Notes under the pieces: generated by a model
What the model saw: only the letters and a program-made list of their open reading frames with translations
Databases searched by the model: none
What the model was told of the DNA's origin: nothing
Part shown: piece after piece, positions 36,901 through 53,600 of the stretch
Position numbering within the stretch: position 1 is the first letter of the stretch
Layout of the letters: every line of letters begins with the position of its first letter
Translations under genes and position numbers: made by a program
NCBI GenBank assembly: GCA_964247055.1
Contig: OZ176052.1
Span: 13,082,001 to 13,146,000, forward strand
Origin: Paragordius varius
Taxonomy: Eukaryota; Animalia; Nematomorpha
Reading direction: 5' to 3'
Length of the DNA: 64,000 nt

Positions 36901-39900
36901 TTAAAAATTAGTGTATAAAACTAGTCGCATCAATACTCAAGTTAAACTTTGTCCTTAAAAATCGAATATTGGTCACCGGTGAACAAAATTATTTTTTATA
37001 CATTCTCTTAGTAAGACTACATCAAAATATAGAGATAGTTTGACAAACTCTATATCCGATTATTACAAGGATACATTAAAAATTAGTGTATAAAACTAGT
37101 CGCATCAATACTCAAGTTAAACTTTGTCCTTAAAAATCGAATATTGGTCACCGGTGAACAAAATTATTTTTTATACATTCTCTTAGTAATACTACATCAA
37201 AATATAGAGATAGTTTGACAAACTCTATATCCGATTATTACAAGGATACATTAAAAATTAGTGTATAAAACTAGTCGCATCAATACTCAAGTTAAACTTT
37301 GTCCTTAAAAATCGAATATTGGTCACCGGTGAACAAAATTATTTTTTATACATTTTCTTAGTAAGACTACATCAAAATATAGAGATAGTTTGACAAACTC
37401 TATATCCGATTATTACAAGGATACATTAAAAATTAGTGTATAAAACTAGTCGCATCAATACTCAATAAACTTTGTCCTTAAAAATCGGATATTGGTCACC
37501 GGTGAACAAAATTATTTTTTATACATTCTCTTAGTAAGACTACATCAAAATATAGAGATAGTTTGACAAACTCTATATCCGATTATTACAAGGATACATT
37601 AAAAATTAGTGTATAAAACTAGTCGCATCAATACTCAAGTTAAACTTTGTCCTTAAAAATCGAATATTGGTCACCGGTGAACAAAATTATTTTTTATACA
37701 TTCTCTTAGTAAGACTACATCAAAATATAGAGATAGTTTGACAAACTCTATATCCGATTATTACAAGGATACATTAAAAATTAGTGTATAAAACTAGTCG
37801 CATCAATACTCAAGTTAAACTTTGTCCTTAAAAATCGGATATTGGTCACCGGTGAACAAAATTATTTTTTATACATTCTCTTAGCAAGACTACATCAAAA
37901 TATAGAAATAGTTTGACAAACTCTTTCATCCGATTTTTACAACGATACTTTAAAAATTAATGTATAAAACTAGTCGCATCAATATTCAAGTTAAACTTTG
38001 TCCTTAAAAATCGAATATTGGTCACCGGTGAACAAAATTATTTTTTATACATTCTCTTAGTAAGACTACATCAAAATATAGAGATAGTTTGACACACTCT
38101 ATATCCGATTATTACAAGGATACATTAAAAATTATTGTATAAAACTAGTCGCATCAATACTCAAGTTAAACTTTGTCCTTAAAAATCGGATATTGGTCAC
38201 CGGTGAACAAAATTATTTTTTATACATTCTCTTTACATCAAAATATAGAGATAGTTTGGCAAACTCTTTCATCCGATTTTTACAGCGATACTTTAAAAAT
38301 TAATGTATTAAAATAGTCGCATCAATACTCAAGTTAAATTTTGTCCTTAAAAATGGGATATTGATCACCGGTGAACAAAACTATTTTTTATACATTCTCT
38401 TAGTAAGACTACATCAAAATATAGAAATAGTTTGACAAACTCTTTCATATCCGATTTTTACAACGATACTTTAAAAATTAATGTATTAAAATAGTCGCAT
38501 CAATACTCAAGTTAAACTTTGTCCTTAAAAATCGGATATTGGTCACCGGTGAACAAAATTATTTTTTATACATTCTCTTAGTAGGACTACATAAAAATAT
38601 AATAGTTTGGCAAACTCTTTCATATCCGATTTTTACAACGATACTTTAAAAATTAATGTATAAAACTAGTCGCGTCAATACTTAAGTTAAACTTTGTCCT
38701 TAAAAATCGAATATTGGTCACCGGTGAACAAAATAATTTTTATACATTCTCTTAGTAGGACTACATCAAAATATAGAGATAGTTTGGCAAACTCTTTCAT
38801 CCGATTTTTACAACGATACTTTAAAAATTAATGTAGTCGCATCAATACTCAAGTTAAACTTTGTCCTTAAAAATCGGATATTGGTCACCGGTGAACAAAA
38901 TTATTTTTTATACATTCTCTTAGCAAGACTACATCAAAATATAGAAATAGTTTGACAAACTCTTTCATATCCGATTTTAACAACGATACTTTAAAAATTA
39001 ATGTATTAAACTAGTCGCATCAATACTCAAGTTAAACTTTGTCCTTAAAAATCGGATATTGGTCACCGGTGAACAAAATTATTTTTTATACATTCTCTTA
39101 GTAAGACTACATCAAAATATAGAGATAGTTTGACAAACTCTATATCCGATTATTACAAGGATACATTAAAAATTAGTGTATAAAACTAGTCGCATCAATA
39201 CTCAAGTTAAACTTTGTCCTTAAAAATCGAATATTGGTCACCGGTGAACAAAATTATTTTTTATACATTCTCTTAGTAAGACTACATCAAAATATAGAGA
39301 TAGTTTGACAAACTCTATATCCGATTATTACAAGGATACATTAAAAATTAGTGTATAAAACTAGTCGCATCAATACTCAAGTTAAACTTTGTCCTTAAAA
39401 ATCGAATATTGGTCACCGGTGAACAAAATTATTTTTTATACATTCTCTTAGTAATACTACATCAAAATATAGAGATAGTTTGACAAACTCTATATCCGAT
39501 TATTACAAGGATACATTAAAAATTAGTGTATAAAACTAGTCGCATCAATACTCAAGTTAAACTTTGTCCTTAAAAATCGAATATTGGTCACCGGTGAACA
39601 AAATTATTTTTTATACATTTTCTTAGTAAGACTACATCAAAATATAGAGATAGTTTGACAAACTCTATATCCGATTATTACAAGGATACATTAAAAATTA
39701 GTGTATAAAACTAGTCGCATCAATACTCAATAAACTTTGTCCTTAAAAATCGGATATTGGTCACCGGTGAACAAAATTATTTTTTATACATTCTCTTAGT
39801 AAGACTACATCAAAATATAGAGATAGTTTGACAAACTCTATATCCGATTATTACAAGGATACATTAAAAATTAGTGTATAAAACTAGTCGCATCAATACT

Positions 39901-41700
39901 CAAGTTAAACTTTGTCCTTAAAAATCGAATATTGGTCACCGGTGAACAAAATTATTTTTTATACATTCTCTTAGTAAGACTACATCAAAATATAGAGATA
40001 GTTTGACAAACTCTATATCCGATTATTACAAGGATACATTAAAAATTAGTGTATAAAACTAGTCGCATCAATACTCAAGTTAAACTTTGTCCTTAAAAAT
40101 CGGATATTGGTCACCGGTGAACAAAATTATTTTTTATACATTCTCTTAGCAAGACTACATCAAAATATAGAAATAGTTTGACAAACTCTTTCATCCGATT
40201 TTTACAACGATACTTTAAAAATTAATGTATAAAACTAGTCGCATCAATATTCAAGTTAAACTTTGTCCTTAAAAATCGAATATTGGTCACCGGTGAACAA
40301 AATTATTTTTTATACATTCTCTTAGTAAGACTACATCAAAATATAGAGATAGTTTGACACACTCTATATCCGATTATTACAAGGATACATTAAAAATTAT
40401 TGTATAAAACTAGTCGCATCAATACTCAAGTTAAACTTTGTCCTTAAAAATCGGATATTGGTCACCGGTGAACAAAATTATTTTTTATACATTCTCTTTA
40501 CATCAAAATATAGAGATAGTTTGGCAAACTCTTTCATCCGATTTTTACAGCGATACTTTAAAAATTAATGTATTAAAATAGTCGCATCAATACTCAAGTT
40601 AAATTTTGTCCTTAAAAATGGGATATTGATCACCGGTGAACAAAACTATTTTTTATACATTCTCTTAGTAAGACTACATCAAAATATAGAAATAGTTTGA
40701 CAAACTCTTTCATATCCGATTTTTACAACGATACTTTAAAAATTAATGTATTAAAATAGTCGCATCAATACTCAAGTTAAACTTTGTCCTTAAAAATCGG
40801 ATATTGGTCACCGGTGAACAAAATTATTTTTTATACATTCTCTTAGTAGGACTACATAAAAATATAATAGTTTGGCAAACTCTTTCATATCCGATTTTTA
40901 CAACGATACTTTAAAAATTAATGTATAAAACTAGTCGCGTCAATACTCAAGTTAAACTTTGTCCTTAAAAATCGAATATTGGTCACCGGTGAACAAAATA
41001 ATTTTTATACATTCTCTTAGTAGGACTACATCAAAATATAGAGATAGTTTGGCAAACTCTTTCATCCGATTTTTACAACGATACTTTAAAAATTAATGTA
41101 GTCGCATCAATACTCAAGTTAAACTTTGTCCTTAAAAATCGGATATTGGTCACCGGTGAACAAAATTATTTTTTATACATTCTCTTAGCAAGACTACATC
41201 AAAATATAGAAATAGTTTGACAAACTCCTTCATATCCGATTTTAACAACGATACTTTAAAAATTAATGTATTAAACTAGTCGCATCAATACTCAAGTTAA
41301 ACTTTGTCCTTAAAAATCGGATATTGGTCACCGGTGAACAAAATTATTTTTTATACATTCTCTTAGTAAGACTACATCAAAATATAGAGATAGTTTGACA
41401 AACTCTATATCCGATTATTACAAGGATACATTAAAAATTAGTGTATAAAACTAGTCGCATCAATACTCAAGTTAAACTTTGTCCTTAAAAATCGAATATT
41501 GGTCACCGGTGAACAAAATTATTTTTTATACATTCTCTTAGTAAGACTACATCAAAATATAGAGATAGTTTGACAAACTCTATATCCGATTATTACAAGG
41601 ATACATTAAAAATTAGTGTATAAAACTAGTCGCATCAATACTCAAGTTAAACTTTGTCCTTAAAAATCGAATATTGGTCACCGGTGAACAAAATTATTTT
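34000..41700. repeat. HOR domain 4: 13-monomer HOR, 2265-bp period, 3 copies, rich in the 175-bp monomer variant
   Basis: gacacactc at 35826, 38091, 40356; caataaacttt at 35201, 37466, 39731; gtaatactac at 34921, 37186, 39451. All spacings are 2265 bp. Confidence 0.95.
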
Positions 41701-44699
41701 TTATACATTCTCTTAGTAAGACTACATCAAAATATAGAGATAGTTTGACAAACTCTATATCCGATTATTACAAGGATACATTAAAAATTAGTGTATAAAA
41801 CTAGTCGCATCAATACTCAAGTTAAACTTTGTCCTTAAAAATCGGATATTGGTCACCGGTGAACAAAATTATTTTTTATACATTCTCTTAGCAAGACTAC
41901 ATCAAAATATAGAAATAGTTTGACAAACTCTTTCATCCGATTTTTACAACGATACTTTAAAAATTAATGTATAAAACTAGTCGCATCAATATTCAGGTTA
42001 AACTTTGTCCTTAAAAATCGAATATTGGTCACCGGTGAACAAAATTATTTTTTATACATTCTCTTAGTAAGACTACATCAAAATATAGAGATAGTTTGAC
42101 AAACTCTATATCCGATTATTACAAGGATACATTAAAAATTAGTGTATAAAACTAGTCGCATCAATACTCAAGTTAAACTTTGTCCTTAAAAATCGGATAT
42201 TGGTCACCGGTGAACAAAATTATTTTTTATACATTCTCTTAGCAAGACTACATCAAAATATAGAAATAGTTTGACAAACTCTTTCATATCCGATTTTAAC
42301 AGCGATACTTTAAAAATTAATGTATTAAAATAGTCGCATCAATACTCAAGTTAAACTTTGTCCTTAAAAATCGGATATTGGTCACCGGTGAACAAAATTA
42401 TTTTTTATACATTCTCTTAGCAAGACTACATCAAAATATAGAGATAGTTTGACAAAGTCTTTCATATCCGATTTTTACAACGATACTTTAAAAATTAATG
42501 TATAAAACTAGCCGTATCAATAAATCGCATCAATATTCAAGTTAAACTTTGTCCTTAAAAATCGGATATTGGTCACCGGTGAACAAAATTATTTTTTATA
42601 CATTCTCTTAGTAGGACTACATCAAAAAATAGAGATAGTTTAGCAAACTCTTTCATATCCGATTTTTACAACGATACTTTAAAAATTAATGTATAAAACT
42701 AGTCGCATCAATATTCAAGTTAAACTTTGTCCTTAAAAATCGAATATTGGTCACGGTGAACAAAATTATTTTTTATACATTCTCTTAGCAAGACTACATC
42801 AAAATATAGAGATAGTTTGGCAAACTCTTTCATCCGATTTTTACAGCGATACTTTAAAAATTAATGTATTAAAATAGTCGCATCAATACTCAAGTTAAAC
42901 TTTGTCCTTAAAAATCGAATATTGGTCACCGGTGAACAAAATTATTTTTTATACATTCTCTTAGTAAGACTACATTAAAATATAGAGATAGTTTGACAAA
43001 CTCTATATCCGATTATTACAAGGATACATTAAAAATTAGTGTATAAAACTAGTCGCATCAATACTCAAGTTAAACTTTGTCCTTAAAAATCGAATATTGG
43101 TCACCGGTGAACAAAATTATTTTTTATACATTCTCTTAGTAATACTACATCAAAATATAGAGATAGTTTGACAAACTCTATATCCGATTATTACAAGGAT
43201 ACATTAAAAATTAGTGTATAAAACTAGTCGCATCAATACTCAAGTTAAACTTTGTCCTTAAAAATCGAATATTGGTCAGCGGTGAACAAAATTATTTTTT
43301 ATACATTTTCTTAGCAAGACTACATCAAAATATAGAGATAGTTTGACAAACTCTATATCCGATTATTACAAGGATACATTAAAAATTAGTGTATAAAACT
43401 AGTCGCATCAATACTCAATAAACTTTGTCCTTAAAAATCGGATATTGTTCACCGGAGAACAAAATTATTTTTTATACATTCTCTTAGTAAGACTACATCA
43501 AAATATAGAGATAGTTTGACAAACTCTATATCCGATTATTACAAGGATACATTAAAAATTAGTGTATAAAACTAGTCGCATCAATACTCAAGTTAAACTT
43601 TGTCCTTAAAAATCGAATATTGGTCACCGGTGAACAAAATTATTTTTTATACATTCTCTTAGTAAGACTACATCAAAATATAGAGATAGTTTGACAAACT
43701 CTATATCCGATTATTACAAGGATACATTAAAAATTAGTGTATAAAACTAGTCGCATCAATACTCAAGTTAAACTTTGTCCTTAAAAATCGGATATTGGTC
43801 ACCGGTGAACAAAATTATTTTTTATACATTCTCTTAGCAAGACTACATCAAAATATAGAAATAGTTTGACAAACTCTTTCATCCGATTTTTACAACGATA
43901 CTTTAAAAATTAATGTATAAAACTAGTCGCATCAATATTCAGGTTAAACTTTGTCCTTAAAAATCGAATATTGGTCACCGGTGAACAAAATTATTTTTTA
44001 TACATTCTCTTAGTAAGACTACATCAAAATATAGAGATAGTTTGACAAACTCTATATCCGATTATTACAAGGATACATTAAAAATTAGTGTATAAAACTA
44101 GTCGGATCAATACTCAAGTTAAACTTTGTCCTTAAAAATCGGATATTGGTCACCGGTGAACAAAATTATTTTTTATACATTCTCTTAGCAAGACTACATC
44201 AAAATATAGAAATAGTTTGACAAACTCTTTCATATCCGATTTTAACAACGATACTTTAAAAATTAATGTATTAAAATAGTCGCATCAATACTCGAGTTAA
44301 ACTTTGTCCTTAAAAATCGGATATTGGTCACCGGTGAACAAAATTATTTTTTATACATTCTCTTAGCAAGACTACATCAAAATATAGAGATAGTTTGACA
44401 AAGTCTTTCATATCCGATTTTTACAACGATACTTTAAAAATTAATGTATAAAACTAGCCGTATCAATAAATCGCATTAATATTCAAGTTAAACTTTGTCC
44501 TTAAAAATCGGATATTGGTCACCGGTGAACAAAATTATTTTTTATACATTCTCTTAGTAGGACTACATCAAAAAATAGAGATAGTTTAGCAAACTCTTTC
44601 ATATCCGATTTTTACAACGATACTTTAAAAATTAATGTATAAAACTAGTCGCATCAATATTCAAGTTAAACTTTGTCCTTAAAAATCGAATATTGGTCA

Positions 44700-47600
44700 C
44701 GGTGAACAAAATTATTTTTTATACATTCTCTTAGCAAGACTACATCAAAATATAGAGATAGTTTGGCAAACTCTTTCATCCGATTTTTACAGCGATACTT
44801 TAAAAATTAATGTATTAAAATAGTCGCATCAATACTCAAGTTAAATTTTGTCCTTAAAAATGGGATATTGATCACCGGTGAACAAAACTATTTTTTATAC
44901 ATTCTCTTAGTAAGACTTCATCAAAATAAAGAAATAGTTTGACAAACTCTTTCATATCCGATTTTTACAACGATACTTTAAAAATTAATGTATTAAAATA
45001 GTCGCATCAATACTCAAGTTAAACTTTGTCCTTAAAAATCGGATATTGGTCACCGGTGAACAAAATTATTTTTTATACATTCTCTTAGCAAGACTACATC
45101 AAAATATAGAGATAGTTTGACAAACTCTTTCATATCCGATTTTTACAACGATACTTTAAAAATTAATGTATAAAACTAGTCGTATCAATAAATCGCATCA
45201 ATACTCAAGTTAAATTTTGTCCTTAAAAATCGGATATTGGTCACCGGTGAACAAAATTATTTTTTATACATTCTCTTAGTAGGACTACATAAAAATATAA
45301 TAGTTTGGCAAACTCTTTCATATCCGATTTTTACAACGATACTTTAAAAATTAATGTATAAAACTAGTCGCATCAATACTCAAGTTAAACTTTGTCCTTA
45401 AAAATCGGATATTGGTCACCGGTGAACAAAATTATTTTTTATACATTCTCTTAGCAAGACTACATCAAAATATAGAGATAGTTTGGCAAACTCTTTCATC
45501 CGATTTTTACAGCGATACTTTAAAAATTAATGTATTAAAATAGTCGCATCAATACTCAAGTTAAAATTTGTCCTTAAAAATGGGATATTGATCACCGGTG
45601 AACAAAACTATTTTTTATACATTCTCTTAGTAAGACTACATCAAAATATAGAAATAGTTTGACAAACTCTTTTATATCCGATTTTTACAACGATACTTTA
45701 AAAATTAATGTATTAAAATAGTCGCATCAATACTCAAGTTAAACTTTGTCCTTAAAAATCGGATATTGGTCACCGGTGAACAAAATTATTTTTTATACAT
45801 TCTCTTACCAAGACTACATCAAAATATAGAGATAGTTTGGCAAACTCTTTCATCCGATTTTTACAGCGATACTTTAAAAATTAATGTATTAAAATAGTCG
45901 CATCAATACTCAAGTTAAAATTTGTCCTTAAAAATGGGATATTGATCACCGGTGAACAAAACTATTTTTTATACATTCTCTTAGCAAGACTACATCAAAA
46001 TATAGAGATAGTTTGACAAACTCTTTCATATCCGATTTTTACAACGATACTTTAAAAATTAATGTATAAAACTAGTCGTATCAATAAATCGCATCAATAC
46101 TCAAGTTAAACTTTGTCCTTAAAAATCGAATATTGGTCACCGGTGAACAAAATAATTTTTATACATTCTCTTAGTAGGACTACATCAAAATATAGAGATA
46201 GTTTGGCAAATTCTTTCATATCCGATTTTTACAACGATACTATAAAAATTAATGTATAAAACTAGTCGCATCAATACTCAAGTTAAACTTTGTCCTTAAA
46301 AATCGGATATTGGTCACCGGTGAACAAAATTATTTTTTATACATTCTCTTAGTAAGACTACATCAAAATATAGAAATAGTTTGACAAACTCTTTCATATC
46401 CGATTTTTACAACGATACTTTAAAAATTAATGTACTAGTCGCATCAATACTCAAGTTAAACTTTGTCGTTAAAAATCGGATATTGGTCACCGGTGAACAA
46501 AATTACTTTTTATACATTCTCTTAGCAAGACTACATCAAAATATAGAAATAGTTTGACAAACTCTTTCATATCCGATTTTTACAACGATACTTTAAAAAT
46601 TAATGTATTAAAATAGTAGCATCAATACTCAAGTTAAATTTTGTCCTTAAAAATGGGATATTGATCACCGGTGAACAAAACTATTTTTTATACATTCTCT
46701 TAGTAAGACTACATCAAAATATAGAGATAGTTTGACAAACTCTTTCATATCCGATTTTTACAACGATACTTTAAAAATTAATGTATTAAAATAGTCGCAT
46801 CAATACTCAAGTTAAACTTTGTCCTTAAAAATCGGATATTGGTCACCGGTGAACAAAATTATTTTTTATACATTCTCTTAGCAAGACTACATCAAAATAT
46901 AGAGATAGTTTGACAAACTCTTTCATATCCGATTTTTACAACGATACTTTAAAAATTAATGTATTAAACTAGTCGCATCAATACTCAAGTTAAACTTTGT
47001 CCTTAAAAATCGGATATTGGTCAACGGTGAACAAAATTATTTTTTATACATTCTCTTAGCAAGACTACATAAAAATATAGAGATAGTTTGACAAACTCTT
47101 TCATATCCGATTTTTACAACGATACTTTAAAAATTAATGTATAAAACTAGTCGTATCAATAAATCGCATCAATACTCAAGTTAAACTTTGTCCTTAAAAA
47201 TCGGATATTGGTCACCGGTGAACAAAATTATTTTATATACATTCTCTTAGTAGGACTACATCAAAATATAGAGATAGTTTAGCAAACTCTTTCATATCCG
47301 ATTTTTACAACGATACTTTAAAAATTAATGTATTAAACTAGTCGCATCAATACTCAAGTTAAACTTTGTCCTTAAAAATCGGATATTGGTCACCGGTGAA
47401 CAAAATTATTTTTTATACATTCTCTTACCAAGACTACATCAAAATATAGAGATAGTTTGGCAAACTCTTTCATCCGATTTTTACAACGATACTTTAAAAA
47501 TTAATGTATAAAACTAGTCGCATCAATATTCGAGTTAAACTTTGTCCTTAAAAATCGAATATTGGTCACCGGTGAACAAAATTATTTTTTATACATTCTC

Positions 47601-50600
47601 TTAGTAAGACTACATCAAAATATATAGATAGTTTGACAAACTCTATATCCGATTATTACAAGGATACTTTAAAAATTAGTGTATAAAACTAGTCGCATCA
47701 ATACTCAAGTTAAATTTTGTCCTTAAAAATGGGATATTGATCACCGGTGAACAAAACTATTTTTTATACATTCTCTTAGCAAGACTACATCAAAATATAG
47801 AGATAGTTTGACAAATTTTTCATATCCGATTTTTACGATACTTTAAAAATTAATGTATTAAACTAGTCGCATCAATACTCAAGTTAAACTTTGTCCTTAA
47901 AAATCGGATATTGGTCAAAGGTGAACAAAATTATTTTTTATACATTCTCTTAGCAAGACTACATCAAAATATAGAGATAGTTTGACAAACTCTTTCATAT
48001 CCGATTTTTACAACGATACTTTATAAATTAATGTATAAAACTAGTCGTATCAATAAGTCGCATCAATACTCAAGTTAAACTTTGTCCTTAAAAAACGAAT
48101 ATTGGTTACGTGAACAAAATAATTTTTTATACATTCTCTTAGTAAGACTACATCAAAATACAGAAATAGTTTGACAAACTCTTTCATATCCGATTTTTAC
48201 AACGATACTTTAAAAATTAATGTGTTAAACTAGTCGCATCAATACTCAAGTTAAACTTTGTCCTTAAAAATCGAATATTGGTCACCGGTGAACAAAATTA
48301 TTTTTTATACATTCTCTTAGTAAGACTACATCAAAATATAGAGATAGTTTGACAAACTCTTTCATATCCGATTTTTACAACGATACTTTAAAAATTAATG
48401 TATTAAACTAGTCGCATCAATACTCAAGTTAAACTTTGTCCTTAAAAATCGGATATTGGTCACCGGTGAACAAAATTATTTTTTATACATTTTCTTAGCA
48501 AAACTACATCAAAATATAGAGATAGTTTGGCAAACTCTTTCATCCGATTTTTACAACGATACTTTAAAAATTAATGTATAAAACTAGTCGTATCAATAAA
48601 TCGCATCAATACTAGAGTTAAACTTTGTCCTTAAAAATCGGATATTGGTCACCGGTGAACAAAATTATTTTTTATACATTCTCTTAGTAGGACTACATCA
48701 AAATATAGAGATAGTTTGGCAAACTCTTTCATATCCGATTTTTACAACGATACTTTAAAAATTAATGTATAAAACTAGTCGCATCAAAACTCAAGTTAAA
48801 CTTTGTCCTTAAAAATCGAATATTGGTCACCGGTGAACAAAATAATTTTTTATACATTCTCTTAGTAGGACTACATCAAAATATAGAGATAGTGTGGCAA
48901 ACTCTTTCATATCCGATTTTTACAACGATACTTTAAAAATTAATGTATAAAACTAGTCGCATCAATACTCAAGTTAAACTTTGTCCTTAAAAATCGGATA
49001 TTGGTCACCGGTGAACAAAATTATTTTTTATACATTCTCTTAGCAAGACTACATCAAAATATAGAGATAGTTTGACAAACTCTTTCATATTAGGTTTTAC
49101 AACGATACTTTAAAAATTAATGTATAAAACTAGCCGCATCAATACTCAAGTTAAACTTTGTCCTTAAAAATCGGATATTGGTCACGGTGAACAAAATTAT
49201 TTTTTATACATTCTCTTAGTAAGACTACATCAAAATATAGAAATCGTTTGACAAACTCTTTCATATCCGATTTTTACAACGATACTTTAAAAATTAATGT
49301 ATTAAAATAGTCGCATCAATATTTAAGTTAAATTTTGTCCTTAAAAATGGGATATTGGTCACCGGTGAACAAAATTATTTTTTATACATTCTCTTAGCAA
49401 AACTACATCAAAATATAGAGATAGTTTGGCAAACTCTTTCATCCGATTTTTACAACGATACTTTAAAAATTAATGTATAAAACTAGTCGTATCAATAAAT
49501 CGCATCAATACTCAAGTTAAACTTTGTCCTTAAAAATCGGATATTGATCACCGGTGAACAAAATTATTTTTTATACATTCTCTTAGCAAGACTAAATCAA
49601 AATATAGAGATAGTTTGACAAACTCTTTCATATCCGTTTTTACAACGATACTTTAAAAATTAATGTATAAAACTAGTCGCATCAATACTTAAGTTAAATT
49701 TTGTCCTTAAAAATGGGATATTGGTCACCGGGGAACAAAATTATTTTTTATACATTCTCTTAGCAAGACTACATCAAAATATAGAAATAGTTTGACAAAC
49801 TCTTTCACATCCGATTTTTACAACGATACTTTAAAAATTAATGTATTAAACTAGTCGCATCAATACTCAAGTTAAACTTTGTCCTTAAAAATCGGATATT
49901 GATCACCGGTGAACAAAATTATTTTTTATACATTCTCTTAGTAAGACTACATCAAAATATAGAAATAGTTTACAAACTCTATATCCGATTATTACAAGGA
50001 TACTTTAAAAATTAGTGTATAAAACTAGTCGCATCAATACTCAAGTTAAATTTTGTCCTTAAAAATGGGATATTGATCACCGGTGAACAAAACTATTTTT
50101 TATACATTCTCTTAGTAAGACTACATCAAAATATAAAATAGTTTGACAAACTCTTTCATATCCGATTTTTACAACGATACTTTAAAAATTAATGTATTAA
50201 AATAGTCGCATCAATACTCAAGTTAAACTTTGTCCTTAAAAATCGGATATTGGTCACCGGTGAACAAAATTATTTTTTATACATTCTCTTAGCAAGACTA
50301 CATCAAAATATAGAGATAGTTTGACAAACTCTTTCATATCCGATTTTTACAACGATACTTTAAAAATTAATGTATAAAACTAGTCGTATCAATAAATCGC
50401 ATCAATACTCAAGTTAAATTTTGTCCTTAAAAATCGGATATTGGTCACCGGTGAACAAAATTATTTTTTATACATTCTCTTAGCAAGACTACATCAAAAT
50501 ATAGAGATAGTTTGACAAACTCTTTCATATCCGATTTTTACAACGATACTTTAAAAATTAATGTATTAAACTAGTCGCATCAATACTCAAGTTAAACTTT

Positions 50601-53600
50601 GTCCTTAAAAATCGGATATTGGTCACCGGTGAACAAAATTATTTTTTATACATTCTCTTAGCAAGACTACATCAAAATATAGAGATAGTTTGACAAACTC
50701 TTTCATATCCGATTTTTACAAGGATACTTTATAAATTAATGTATAAAACTAGTCGTATCAATAAGTCGCATCAATACTCAAGTTAAACTTTGTCCTTAAA
50801 AAACGAATATTGGTTACGTGAACAAAATAATTTTTTATACATTCTCTTAGTAAGACTACATCAAAATACAGAAATAGTTTGACAAACTCTTTCATATCCG
50901 ATTTTTACAACGATACTTTAAAAATTAATGTGTTAAACTAGTCGCATCAATACTCAAGTTAAACTTTGTCCTTAAAAATCGAATATTGGTCACCGGTGAA
51001 CAAAATTATTTTTTATACATTCTCTTAGTAAGACTACATTAAAATATAGAAATAGTTTGACAAACTCTTTCATATCCGATTTTTACAACGATACTTTCAA
51101 AATTAATGTATTAAAATAGTCGCATCAATACTCAAGTTAAACTTTGTCCTTAAAAATCGGATATTGGTCACCAGTGAACAAAATTATTTTTTATATATTC
51201 TCTTAGCAAGACTACATCAAAATATAGAGATAGTTTGACAAACTCTTTCATATCCGATTTTTACAACGATACTTTAAAAATTAATGTATAAAACTAGTCG
51301 TATCAATAAATCGCATCAATACTCAAGTTAAACTTTGTCCTTAAAAAACGAATATTGGTTACGTGAACAAAATAATTTTTTATACATTCTCTTAGTAAGA
51401 CTACATCAAAATACAGAAATAGTTTGACAAACTCTTTCATATCCGATTTTTACAACGATACTTTAAAAATTAATGTGTTAAACTAGTCGCATCAATACTC
51501 AAGTTAAACTTTGTCCTTAAAAATCGAATATTGGTCACCGGTGAACAAAATTATTTTTTATACATTCTCTTAGTAAGACTACATTAAAATATAGAAATAG
51601 TTTGACAAACTCTATCATATCCGATTTTTACAACGATACTTTAAAAATTAATGTATTAAAATAGTCGCATCAATACTCAAGTTAAACTTTGTCCTTAAAA
51701 ATCGGATATTGGTCACCAGTGAACAAAATTATTTTTTATATATTCTCTTAGCAAGACTACATCAAAATATATAGATAGTTTGACAAACTCTTTCATATCC
51801 GATTTTTACAACGATACTTTAAAAATTAATGTATAAAACTAGTCGTATCAATAAATCGCATCAATACTCAAGTTAAATTTTGTCCTTAAAAATCGGATAT
51901 TGGTCACCGGTGAACAAAATAATTTTTTATACATTCTCTTAGTAAGACTACATCAAAATACAGAAATAGTTTGACAAACTCTTTCATATCCGATTTTTAC
52001 AACGATACTTTAAAAATTAATGTGTTAAACTAGTCGCATCAATACTCAATTTAAACTTTGTCCTTAAAAATCGGATATTGGTCACCAGTGAACAAAATTA
52101 TTTTTTATATATTCTCTTAGCAAGACTACATCAAAATATAGAGATAGTTTGACAAACTCTTTCATATCCGATTTTTACAACGATACTTTAAAAATTAATG
52201 TATAAAACTAGTCGTATCAATAAATCGCATCAATACTCAAGTTAAATTTTGTCCTTAAAAATCGGATATTGGTCACCGGTGAACAAAATTATTTTTTATA
52301 CATTCTCTTAGCAAGACTACATCAAAATATAGAGATAGTTTGACAAACTCTTTCATATCCGATTTTTACAACGATACTTTATAAATTAATGTATAAAACT
52401 AGTCGTATCAATAAGTCGCATCAATACTCAAGTTAAACTTTGTCCTTAAAAAACGAATATTGGTTACGTGAACAAAATAATTTTTTATACATTCTCTTAG
52501 TAAGACTACATCAAAATACAGAAATAATTTGACAAACTCTTTCATATCCGATTTTTACAACGATACTTTAAAAATTAATGTGTTAAACTAGTCGCATCAA
52601 TACTCAAGTTAAACTTTGTCCTTAAAAATCGAATATTGGTCACCGGTGAACAAAATTATTTTTTATACATTCTCTTAGTAAGACTACATCAAAATATAGA
52701 GATAGTTTGGCAAACTCTTTGATATCCGATTTTTACAATGATACTTTAAAAATTAATGTATTAAACTAGTCGCATCAATACTCAAGTTAAACTTTGTCCT
52801 TAAAAATCGGATATTGGTCACCGATGAACAAAATTATTTTTTATACATTCTCTTAGCTACATCAAAATATAGAGATAGTTTGGCAAACTCTTTCATCCGA
52901 TTTTTACAACGATACTTTAAAACTTAATGTATAAAACTAGTCGTATCAATAAATCGCATCAATACTAGAGTTAAACTTTGTCCTTAAAAATCGGATATTG
53001 GTCACCGGTGAACAAAATTATTTTTTATACATTCTCTTAGTAGGACTACATCAAAATATAGAGATAGTTTGGCAAACTCTTTCATATCCGATTTTTACAA
53101 CGATACTTTAAAAATTAATGTATAAAACTAGTCGCATCAAAACTCAAGTTTAACTTTGTCCTTAAAAATCGAATATTGGTCACCGGTGAACAAAATAATT
53201 TTTTATACATTCTCTTAGTAGGACTACATCAAAATATAGAGATAGTGTGGCAAACTCTTTCATATCCGATTTTTACAACGTACTTTAAAAATTAATGTAT
53301 AAAACTAGTCGCATCAATACTCAAGTTAAACTTTGTCCTTAAAAATCGGATATTGGTCACCGGTGAACAAAATTATTTTTTATAAATTCTCTTAGTAAGA
53401 CTACATCAAAATATAGAAATAGTTTGACAAACTCTTTATATCCGATTTTTACAACGATACTTTAAAAATTAATGTATTAAACTAGTCGCATCAATACTCA
53501 AGTTAAACTTTGTCCTTAAAAATCGAATATTGGTCACCGGTGAACAAAATTATTTTTTATACATTCTCTTAGTAAGACTACATCAAAATATAGAGATAGT